Source: an uncultured Marvinbryantia sp. (lineage in GTDB: Bacteria > Bacillota > Clostridia > Lachnospirales > Lachnospiraceae). Taken from it: 38,679 nt of DNA. Every line of letters begins with the position of its first letter. Position 1 is the first letter of the stretch. The DNA is taken from the NCBI GenBank assembly GCA_947624335.1, contig CANQJX010000001.1, positions 1 through 38,679 on the forward strand. Reading direction: 5' to 3'. This document shows positions 22,542 through 31,600 of the stretch, piece after piece. The notes under the pieces were generated by a model, which saw nothing but the letters and a program-made list of their open reading frames with translations, searched no databases and was not told the origin of the DNA. The position numbers and the translations under genes were made by a program.

Positions 22542-23831
22542 ATGTTAGACATTAAATTTTTAAGAGAAAATCCGGAAATTGTAAAACAGAATATCCGCAA
22601 TAAATTTCAGGACCAGAAGCTGGAACTGGTTGACGAAGTGATCGCTCTGGATCAGAGAAACCGCGAGATTAAAAGCGAAGTGGAAGCGCTGCGCGCAAAC
22701 CGCAATAAATATTCCAAGCAGATCGGCGCTTTGATGGGGCAGGGCAAAAAAGAAGAAGCGGAAGAAATAAAAAAACAGGTAACGGCGCAGGCGGATCAGG
22801 TGGCCGCTCTTTCTGAAGAGGAAAAAGAAGTAGAAGAAAAGATCCGCCGGATTATGATGGTGATTCCCAACATCATCGATCCGTCTGTTCCCATCGGAAA
22901 AGACGACAGTGAGAATGTGGAGATTCAAAAGTTTGGCGATCCGGTGGTCCCCGATTTTGAGATTCCCTACCATACCGAAATCATGGAGCGCTTCGACGGG
23001 ATTGACTTTGACGCCGCGCGCGAGGTGGCGGGCAACGGCTTCTATTATCTGATGGGCGACATCGCCAGACTGCATTCGGCGGTAATTTCCTACGCGCGGG
23101 ATTTTATGATTAACCGCGGCTTTACTTACTGCGTGCCGCCGTTTATGATCCGCAGCAAAGTGGTAACGGGCGTTATGAGTTTTGCCGAAATGGAATCCAT
23201 GATGTATAAGATCGAGGGCGAAGACCTGTATCTGATCGGCACCAGCGAACATTCCATGATCGGTAAATTTATTGATACGGTGATCCCGGAAAAAGAGCTT
23301 CCCAAAACCCTGACCAGCTATTCTCCGTGCTTCCGTAAAGAAAAGGGCGCGCACGGGATAGAAGAACGCGGCGTTTACCGCATCCATCAGTTTGAAAAGC
23401 AGGAAATGATTGTTGTCTGCAAACCGCAGGAAAGCATGATCTGGTATGATAAGCTGTGGCAGAATACGGTAGACTTGTTCCGTTCCATGGATATTCCGGT
23501 CCGCACGCTGGAATGCTGTTCGGGAGATCTGGCGGATCTGAAGGTAAAATCCTGCGACGTGGAGGCATGGTCTCCGCGCCAGAAAAAATATTTTGAGGTG
23601 GGAAGCTGCTCCAATCTGGGAGACGCGCAGGCAAGGCGCCTCAAAATCCGCGTAAACGGGGAAGACGGCAAAAAGTATCTTGCGCATACGTTAAACAACA
23701 CGGTAGTGGCGCCGCCGCGTATGCTGATCGCATTTTTGGAGAATAATCTCAATGCCGACGGAAGCGTAAACATTCCGGAAGCGCTTCAGATGTATATGGG
23801 CGGCATGAAAAAAATAGAACCGAAACATTGA
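22542..23831 (+). CDS. serS: Seryl-tRNA synthetase
   Basis: MLDIKFLREN coiled-coil arm, GTSEH, motif 2 CFRKE...RIHQFEKQE, EVGSCSN, HTLNNT. Confidence 0.96.
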   Translation: MLDIKFLRENPEIVKQNIRNKFQDQKLELVDEVIALDQRNREIKSEVEALRANRNKYSKQIGALMGQGKKEEAEEIKKQVTAQADQVAALSEEEKEVEEKIRRIMMVIPNIIDPSVPIGKDDSENVEIQKFGDPVVPDFEIPYHTEIMERFDGIDFDAAREVAGNGFYYLMGDIARLHSAVISYARDFMINRGFTYCVPPFMIRSKVVTGVMSFAEMESMMYKIEGEDLYLIGTSEHSMIGKFIDTVIPEKELPKTLTSYSPCFRKEKGAHGIEERGVYRIHQFEKQEMIVVCKPQESMIWYDKLWQNTVDLFRSMDIPVRTLECCSGDLADLKVKSCDVEAWSPRQKKYFEVGSCSNLGDAQARRLKIRVNGEDGKKYLAHTLNNTVVAPPRMLIAFLENNLNADGSVNIPEALQMYMGGMKKIEPKH

Positions 23832-23840
23832 GGGAAACAT

Positions 23841-24713
23841 ATGCATAAATTTTTGCGTTCAATCGGATTTAGTAATTTGACGGACAGGGGGAGCATAGAC
23901 GCGCTTTTAAGAGAAGTCTGCGCATCCTGCGACGTCCGCAATGCGGTGCGCACGCAAAACGGGAACGCCTTTGTGGAATACCGGAAGGAATATGCGCCCA
24001 GATGCGGACTGATCGTCTGCGGTGAAATGGATCAAAACGGTTTTCACCAGGACTACTATTTTCCGTATTATCAAACAGACACAGTCAGCAGCTATGCCGA
24101 CATTGTAGTGGAAAAACATGCCGGAAAAGATTCTTTTGCGGGAGTATGCGAGGACGTGCGCATCGGAACGTCGCTGATTTTTTACGTTCTCAACGCCGCG
24201 CAGTATCAGCGCGAGGCGATCAATACCCTGGCGGCCGGCAACACGAGCGTATCGTTTACCGCGCTTTCTTCCGAGGGAAAAATTTTGCTCCCGGTCAGAA
24301 AAGCGCCCAATCAGACGCTGCTGGATATGGAGGCCGCAAGCACGCGCAGCCGCCTGATCGCAGCGGCGAAAAACGGGGATGAAAGCGCGATCGAAAGCCT
24401 GACTCTGGAAGACATCGACACTTATAACAGGGTTTCCAGGCGGATTCTGACAGAAGACGTGTACAGCATAGTAGATACGCTGTTTATGCCGTTTGGAATG
24501 GAGTGCGACCACTATCAGATTATGGGAGAAATCCAGTCTGTAAAGAAAGTGCAGAATAGCCGCACAAAAGAATACCTTTATCAGATGAACCTGCTGTGCA
24601 ACAATATCCGCCTGGACGTCTGCATCAATGAAGCGGATTTGCTGGGAGATCCGGACGAGGGACGCCGTTTCAAGGGAGACGTGTGGCTGCAGGGAAACAT
24701 CAATTTTACCTGA
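23841..24713 (+). CDS. Conserved hypothetical protein, DUF3881-like
   Basis: MHKFLRSIGF N-terminus, YYFPY, GKILLP, AAKNGDESAIESLTLED, GRRFKGDVWLQG; family name from recall. Confidence 0.7.
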   Translation: MHKFLRSIGFSNLTDRGSIDALLREVCASCDVRNAVRTQNGNAFVEYRKEYAPRCGLIVCGEMDQNGFHQDYYFPYYQTDTVSSYADIVVEKHAGKDSFAGVCEDVRIGTSLIFYVLNAAQYQREAINTLAAGNTSVSFTALSSEGKILLPVRKAPNQTLLDMEAASTRSRLIAAAKNGDESAIESLTLEDIDTYNRVSRRILTEDVYSIVDTLFMPFGMECDHYQIMGEIQSVKKVQNSRTKEYLYQMNLLCNNIRLDVCINEADLLGDPDEGRRFKGDVWLQGNINFT

Positions 24714-24756
24714 TAGCAGTTTATGCAATGGACGGCGATATGATAATCTGCAGTAC

Positions 24757-24818
24757 AAAAAAGCCGCTGCGTCGGCGGTCGGTCCGAAACGGATCCGATC
24801 ACAGATACAGCGGTTTTT
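24757..24818. terminator. Long bidirectional terminator hairpin between convergent genes
   Basis: AAAAAAGCCGCTG...GGTCGGTCCG-AAA-CGGATCCGATC...CAGCGGTTTTT; A run before and T run after. Confidence 0.7.
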
Positions 24819-24852
24819 CTATAACTTCTATTTTAATAATAAAGAAAAAATA

Positions 24853-25545
24853 TTACGCCTCTTTGCGCAGCGCCTTGTAAACAACCGCTGCCAGAGCCGC
24901 GCCCACAAACGGGCCTGCGATAAACACCCAGATACATGCGATCGGAGCGGTGTTGCCTGTGCATGCCGCAACAATCGCCGGGCCAAGGCTTCGCGCTGGA
25001 TTTACGCTGGTGCCGGTCAGACCGATGCCGAGGATATGTACCAGCGTTAAAGTGAAGCCGATTACAACGCCGGCAAAAGAGCCGTGGTTTGCCTCTTTAT
25101 CCGTTACGCCGAGAATCGTCAGCACAAAAATGAAAGTAAGCACCGCTTCGACAAGCAGGCCGGATAAAGCGCTGCCGTTTACTCCGGCAAGGCCGTTTGA
25201 ACCGAAGCCGCCGGTCATATCCGTTACCTGGCCGGAAGTAAAAATAGCGGCCAGGATAAGAGCGCCCGCCAGCGCGCCAAGACACTGGGCTACGACATAA
25301 CCGACAAAATCTTTTTTGTCCATACCGCCGCTGATCAGCACCCCTAAGGATACCGCCGGATTAATGTGACAGCCGGAAATATTTCCGATACAGTATGCCA
25401 TTCCTACGATCACCAGACCAAAAGCAAGCGCTGTCAGCAAGTAACCGCTGCCCGCCGCGGCATCGCAGCCGACCAGCATAGCCGTACCGCAGCCAAGAAT
25501 GACTAAAACCGCCGTACCGATAAATTCCGCAACATACTTTTTCAT
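24853..25545 (-). CDS. aqpZ: MIP-family channel, aquaporin Z-like
   Basis: AEFIGT, SGCHINPAVS and GTSVNPARS NPA boxes; F/H/T/R selectivity filter as in AqpZ; AGGAGG SD. Confidence 0.88.
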   Translation of the reverse strand: MKKYVAEFIGTAVLVILGCGTAMLVGCDAAAGSGYLLTALAFGLVIVGMAYCIGNISGCHINPAVSLGVLISGGMDKKDFVGYVVAQCLGALAGALILAAIFTSGQVTDMTGGFGSNGLAGVNGSALSGLLVEAVLTFIFVLTILGVTDKEANHGSFAGVVIGFTLTLVHILGIGLTGTSVNPARSLGPAIVAACTGNTAPIACIWVFIAGPFVGAALAAVVYKALRKEA

Positions 25546-25668
25546 GTTACCATACCTCCTTTTGTAAGGCAGACTTGGGAAAAATCTGCCATAGATACTA
25601 TTATTATAGCGGGAAAAAGCAAAAAAGTATATGGATTTACTATAAAAAATGCAGCGGGCTGCAAATTT

Positions 25669-26391
25669 TTAAAAAGAAATACTGCTTTGATTTAGATATT
25701 CAATAAAAAGATTTAAGGTATCGTGATAGAGCGTTTTACTGATGGGAATATCATTCCCGGAGGAAAGCTGTATCTGATAGCGCGTGATTTTTGAAATATA
25801 GCTGAGGTTGACAAGGTAACTTCTGTGCGGGCGCACAAACGTAAGATCCGGAAGATGACGTTCCAGTTCTTTTAAAGTTCCGGCGCAGGTCTCTTTTACG
25901 CCGCTTGTCAGATGAATGATAATCTCGTGACCGTAAATTTCAAAAAACAGAATGTCCGCGATGGGGATTCGCAGATGCCCTTTTGCCGTAATAAAATGCA
26001 GGTTCTGCGGCGTGTTTTTATCCAGAAAGCGCGCGACGGCCGCTTCCAGCTTTTTCGGGTCGATTGGTTTGAGCAGATAATGAAGCGGGGCAGCGTCATA
26101 GCTTTCCACCGCATAATCGGGAAGCGCCGTCATAAAAACAATATCTGTCTGGTCGTTCTTTTCCCGGAGCGCTTTTGCAAATTGGAGTCCCTTTTCCGTT
26201 TCGTAATAAATATCCAGAAAAAGAAGATGAAATTTCTGACCGTTTTCCATTGCCTGCATCAAAGCGCAGGGATCTGAAAACGACAGCAGACGGTACGTTA
26301 CCTGACGCGCGTTTAAAGCGGCGGCAAGCATGGTTTTAAAGGAAGATAAAAAGACGGCGTCGTCGTCACAAACAGCAATATTATACATCAT
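25669..26391 (-). CDS. LytTR-family response regulator
   Basis: IAVCDDD, LLFLDI phospho-Asp, YLLKP; LytTR domain FVRPHRSYLVNL, IPISK. Confidence 0.92.
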   Translation of the reverse strand: MMYNIAVCDDDAVFLSSFKTMLAAALNARQVTYRLLSFSDPCALMQAMENGQKFHLLFLDIYYETEKGLQFAKALREKNDQTDIVFMTALPDYAVESYDAAPLHYLLKPIDPKKLEAAVARFLDKNTPQNLHFITAKGHLRIPIADILFFEIYGHEIIIHLTSGVKETCAGTLKELERHLPDLTFVRPHRSYLVNLSYISKITRYQIQLSSGNDIPISKTLYHDTLNLFIEYLNQSSISF

Positions 26392-26431
26392 GCGTATAAA
26401 TCCTTTCGCGCAGGAAATCGCCTGCTTACAC

Positions 26432-26460
26432 AGTATAGCCTATTTTCTCTTTTTTTGCAA
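26432..26460 (-). promoter_or_regulatory. Sigma-A promoter of the LytTR regulator
   Basis: TTGCAA (26460-26455), 17 bp, TATACT (26437-26432). Confidence 0.6.
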
Positions 26461-26613
26461 ACCGGACGCGAAAAGAGACGCAGTTCTTTTCCTGTTTATG
26501 TTCCAGAGGAGACGATTCATGCAGAAGAATTGTATTTTTATACCATATATGTCATGCTGAATTTAATATGTTCCTAAAGAAACGCGGCAAACAGAAAGAA
26601 AGGGAGACAAAAA

Positions 26614-28659
26614 ATGCCGGAACAGTTAAAGCAGATCGACGTTCTTGTAGTGGACGATAACGCAATGAACCGCAAGCTTGCGGAGAAAATAATTGGAGAA
26701 GATTATAGCGTGGTATCCGTCGACGCGGGGCAGAAAGCGCTGGAGTTTCTGGAAACATGCGAGCCAAAGCTTATTTTGCTCGATTTTCATATGCCGGGGA
26801 TGGACGGCGTGGAGACGATGGAAAAAATCCGCGAAAATCCGGCGTGGAGCAAAATTCCGGTGATTATTCTGACAGCGGATTCCGCACCGGAGACCGAAAA
26901 GGAATTTTTTGTGATGGGCGCGGCGGACTTTATTGTTAAGCCGTTTGTGCCGATGACGGTGAAAAGCCGCATCGGCCGCATGATCGAACTGTACGGGCTA
27001 CGGCGCGATCTGGAGAGCAAGCTGGAGGAAAAGAGCAAATTACTGGAGAAGGTATCTTTAAATTCCATTCTGGCAATCGCAAACACAATTGACGCGAAGG
27101 ACGCGTATACTTCCGGACATTCTGTGCGCGTGGCCAAATGCTCGGAAGAAATTGCAAAAAGACTCGGATGGAGCGAGGAAGAAGTCCGCAACATTTATCA
27201 TATCGGACTGCTGCACGATATCGGAAAAATCGGCGTGCCGGATTCTATTCTTAATAAGCCCAGCCGCCTGAGCGACGAAGAATTTGTGCAGATTAAAAAG
27301 CATCCGGTGATCGGCAGCGAGATTTTAAAAAATATCCGCATGATACCGGGCGTAACGGACGGCGTGCTTTACCACCATGAACGATATGACGGAAAAGGCT
27401 ATCCCTTTGGGCTTGCCGGGGAGGATATCCCGCTATGCGCCCGGATCATTGCGATTGCGGACGCCTACGACGCCATGACCTCCAACCGCATTTACCGTGC
27501 GAAACTGCCCGATATAAGAGTTGTTTCCGAATTTGAGCGTTGCGCGGGCACGCAGTTTGATCCGCATTTAGCGTATATTTTTATACAGATGCTTAACGAA
27601 GGCTTCCATATTCCGCCTGAAGCGAGAAGGGAAGGGGACCGTACCGCGAAGGAACAGTGGAATATCGCGGATGATAACGGCACGCTGTTAAGCCGGGTAC
27701 TGTCGGAATACGGTTCCGGGAAAAACGCCTTAGATTCTCTTACCAGCCTTCATAACCGCGGCTACGGCGAAAAAGCAATCGACGAGATTTTAAGCGAGGG
27801 ACGCAAAGGCGCGCTGCTGCTGCTGGATCTGGACGATTTTAAAAATGTAAACGATACATACGGACACCTGATGGGCGATAAAGTGCTGAAGCTGCTCGCG
27901 TCCGCCCTGTCCTCCGAGGTGGAGGATAAGGATGTTGTGTGCAGGCTGGGCGGCGATGAGTTTGTCGTATTTTTTGCGGACGACACGGACAAAGAAAAGA
28001 TAGAGGCGCGATGCCATAAAGTAATGGACATTTTTGCAAAGAGCCTGCGGGATATCGGCTGCGGGGACGTTACGCACGTTTCCGCCGGGATCGCGCTGTG
28101 CCCGACGGACGGAAAAACCTTTTCCACGCTATACAGCAATGCGGACAAAGCGCTCTATTATGTGAAGGAAAACGGAAAAAATGCCTGCAGCTTTTTCCGC
28201 GGCGTACAGGCGGGAAAACGGGCGAAAAAACCGGACAATATGGATCTGGATCACATCCGCCATATTTTGGAGGGGAAACTCGACGAGAGCAAAGGACTCT
28301 TTAAAGTTCCGTATGAAGAGTTTGCCAATCTTTACAGCTATTTATCCCGCTGCGTAAAACGGAAAGGACAGATGGTGCAGACGCTTTTATTTACCCTGGG
28401 CAGCGAGGGCGTCGATTTGGACAACAGCGTCTATGAGGACGCCATGTCCACGCTGGAGGTCGCCGCCGCGTATTCGCTGCGCATGGTGGACGTGGGCTGC
28501 CGATACAGCAGCCTGCAGTACATAGTGATCCTGGTGGATACCAATATGGAAAACGGCAGAATGGTGGCGGACCGGGTCATCAACCAGTTTTATAAGATCT
28601 ATTCCGGAACCAGCGTTACCTTATCTTACGACATCCAGACCATGGTGGTGAACGCATAA
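26614..28659 (+). CDS. Response regulator with HD-GYP, GGDEF and degenerate GGDEF domains
   Basis: REC (VLVVDD, LLDFHMPGMDG, FIVKP); HD-GYP (GHSVRVA, LLHDIGKIG, HHERYDGKGYP, ADAYDAM, RIYR); GGDEF (DLDDFKNVNDTYGH, RLGGDEF); C-terminal RMVD-VGCRY-SSLQY. Confidence 0.9.
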   Translation: MPEQLKQIDVLVVDDNAMNRKLAEKIIGEDYSVVSVDAGQKALEFLETCEPKLILLDFHMPGMDGVETMEKIRENPAWSKIPVIILTADSAPETEKEFFVMGAADFIVKPFVPMTVKSRIGRMIELYGLRRDLESKLEEKSKLLEKVSLNSILAIANTIDAKDAYTSGHSVRVAKCSEEIAKRLGWSEEEVRNIYHIGLLHDIGKIGVPDSILNKPSRLSDEEFVQIKKHPVIGSEILKNIRMIPGVTDGVLYHHERYDGKGYPFGLAGEDIPLCARIIAIADAYDAMTSNRIYRAKLPDIRVVSEFERCAGTQFDPHLAYIFIQMLNEGFHIPPEARREGDRTAKEQWNIADDNGTLLSRVLSEYGSGKNALDSLTSLHNRGYGEKAIDEILSEGRKGALLLLDLDDFKNVNDTYGHLMGDKVLKLLASALSSEVEDKDVVCRLGGDEFVVFFADDTDKEKIEARCHKVMDIFAKSLRDIGCGDVTHVSAGIALCPTDGKTFSTLYSNADKALYYVKENGKNACSFFRGVQAGKRAKKPDNMDLDHIRHILEGKLDESKGLFKVPYEEFANLYSYLSRCVKRKGQMVQTLLFTLGSEGVDLDNSVYEDAMSTLEVAAAYSLRMVDVGCRYSSLQYIVILVDTNMENGRMVADRVINQFYKIYSGTSVTLSYDIQTMVVNA

Positions 28660-28660
28660 T

Positions 28661-31600
28661 ATGAAACGGAAAACACGCTCAGACAAAATCAGCCTGCGGA
28701 CCAACGATATCCTGATCGCGGCGATTTCCGCCGTGTTTGCGGCGGTCATGCTCGTAAATATTTTTGTGATGTATAATGTGGCGGCGGGCAAATCCAGAGA
28801 AATCCGCGGCATGCGGATGGAAAATACCGTGACGGATTTGCAGCAGATGCTCAAACGCGCGGAGAACGCGCTTGTCCGCATCGGCGCTTCGCTGGAGGAA
28901 ATGCTGGACGAGGACGCGACGCAGGAAGAAATCCGCCAGTTTCTGAAAGAACAAAAAGAAATGGAAGTGGAACTGTCGGGCGGAACCTGTCTGAATGTGT
29001 TTTGCACGATCCAAAATGAAACATTGATTTCCGGAATGGAAACGCCGGCGGATTATGTGATGCAGGACCGGGGCTGGTATAAGGGCCTGATGGCGTGCAA
29101 GCGCGGCGATATCTATATCTCGCAGGTATACGACGACGCGTTTACGGACGGGATGTGTTTTACGGTAGCAAAAGTGCTGCCGGACGGAGAGACGATCATT
29201 TGTCTGGACTATGGCATTTCCGGGATCCAGGCGTTTGTGGAAGCGATGGGCGAAGACGGGGACGCGGATGCGCTGATCGCGGATAAAGATGGAACGATTA
29301 TCGGCTATCCGGATATTTCCCTGGTAGGAGAAAAAATTTCCTCAAAGCTTCCGGAATTTCAAAACGTATTTACAAAAGTGGTGACCGGAGGCGGAGCGGA
29401 TCAGTCTTTTTCCATGACGTCGCGGGCGGGGAACAATACGGTGTTTTGCAACCGCACGGAAAACGGCTGGTATCTGATGCTGCGCGTCAGCAACCGCGCG
29501 CTTTACCGCGACAGCTATTTTCAGCTTTTGCGCAACGTGATCGTCATGCTGGCGATGGTGAGCGTATTTATCCTGTTTTATTTGTTTGCCTGCCGGCAGC
29601 GTCTGCGCGCCGAACAGGAATTAGAGAAAAAGGAAGAACTGCTTTTAAGCATGCCGGAAACGTTCCGCGCGCCGTTTGAAAAAATGGCGGACGAGCGGGC
29701 GAGCTATGCGCGGCCGGAAAAGAAAAAGAAACGCGCGGCCGTTACGGAGCGGGAACGGCGCTGGTTTGAGACGAGCATTATCGTTGCGCTTACGCTGACG
29801 ATGCTCCTGACGATTTCTATTATCACGGCCATGACATTTCGCTACAGCCGCGCGAAGATGGAAGAAGAAGCGCGCGGCTATAACTATAAGGTAAGCGCGT
29901 GGATTCTGGAGCAGAAAAGCATGCTGGACATGTTTTCCTACACGGTGGCGGCAGAGCCGCAGCTTTTGGAAGACTACGAAGAAATGGTAGGATTTTTGGA
30001 CCGGATTACCAGGCGCTATCAGGGCGTTTCCGCTACTTATATTGCGAATCCGGATTTCCCGCACGGGCATCCGATGGTAATGAACAACGGATGGGTGCCG
30101 GACGAGGATTATGTGGAGGAAGAACGCCCGTGGTACACCGGAGCGATGGAGACGGAAGACGGATTTCATATTACGGAGCCTTACTACGACGCGCGCACCG
30201 GGAAATACTGCGTTACGTTTTCCAAAAAGGTGGAGACAGACAGCGGGGAATTTCTGGGGGTATTTGCAATTGATTTCTACCTGGACGTGCTGATCGAAAT
30301 TCTGGGGGACGGTTATTCGGGAAGCGGTTATGCGTTCCTGGTGGACAAGGACGGGCGCGTAATCAATCATCCCAATCCGGAATATCAGTTTAACGGCGAA
30401 AACGATGTCAACATCCATAATCTGATATACGACAAGGTTTACGGATCCACGCAGATCGAGCTTCTGCAGGACTATGACAAAAAATTAAAGGCCTGTATTT
30501 CCATGGAAGAAAGTCTTTCTAATTTTAAAGTCATTGTCGTAAACGATTTCTGGAAAATTTACGGAGACGTAGTAATATATGCGATACTTTTCCTGACGCT
30601 GTTCGGGGTCTGCATCAGCGCGGTTATGCTGCTGATGCACAGAATGGTCCGCTGGCAGCAGGAAACCGACGTACAGCTAAAAGAAGCCGCGGACGCCGCG
30701 CGGGCGGCGGATCAGGCAAAATCTCTTTTCCTGGCGCAGATGAGCCACGAGATCCGCACGCCGATCAACGCGGTGCTTGGCATGAACGAAATGATCCTGC
30801 GCGAAAACAAGGATTCCGATATTCAGGAATACGCCGTGCAGATTCAGAGCGCAGGGGCGACACTGCTGTCGCTGATCAACGGAATTCTGGACTTTACCAA
30901 AATTGAAAGCGGGAAAATGGAACTGCAGCCGGTAAAATATGAAACCGGAATGTTGATCCTGAATCTGATGAATCTTGTCTCGGACAGGGCGCGGGCAAAA
31001 AATCTGGAACTGAATCTGGAAATCGATCCGACGCTTCCGGAAGCGCTTTACGGAGACGACGTGCGGGTGCGCCAGATCATTACCAACCTTTTGACAAACG
31101 CGGTGAAGTATACGCAGAAAGGCAGCGTTACATTAAAGATAAACGGCCGGCGCGAGGGAAAGGAAGATATTTTTCTCTGCGTGGAGGTACGGGACACCGG
31201 CATCGGCATTCGTCAGGAAGACATGGAGCGGCTGTTCGGAATGTTCCAGCGTCTGGACGAAGAGCGTAACCGCAACATAGAAGGAACCGGATTGGGTATT
31301 CCGATTGTACAGAATCTTTTGCATATGATGGGAAGCGAACTGAAAGTGGAGAGTACCTACGGGGAAGGTTCGGTTTTCTCATTTGAACTGAAGCAGAAAG
31401 TGATGTCCGACCGGGAGATCGGCGATTACCGCAAGAGCCTGCAGAAGCTGGTGGAGCAGAAGGAAAAGCAGGAATATGTCTACGCGCCGGAGGCGCATGT
31501 GCTGATTGTGGACGATAATATGGTGAATCTGCGCGTGATACGCAATTTGTTAAAGCGAAACGGCGTACAGGTAGATACGGCGTTAAGCGGGGCGGAGTGC

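Noticed and set aside
22560-23687. 375-aa antisense ORF over serS (also 2349-3275 over murT, 23907-24758, 29645-30418 and others)
   Set aside because: Shadow ORFs opposite well-supported genes, with no recognisable motifs; expected from codon bias.
24714-24852. Searched for an att duplication of the tRNA-Arg 3' end bounding the signalling block
   Set aside because: No match to GCGTTCCCTGCGAGAATCGAAC seen, and no integrase inside the block, so it is not called a mobile element.
26457-26485. GCAAAC...GCGA...GACGCAG upstream of the HD-GYP/GGDEF gene resembles a c-di-GMP-I riboswitch P2
   Set aside because: The arms around the tetraloop (CCGGAC / AAAGA) do not pair and no P3 is evident; the same applies to GGCAAAC...GAAA...GAC at 26586-26610.
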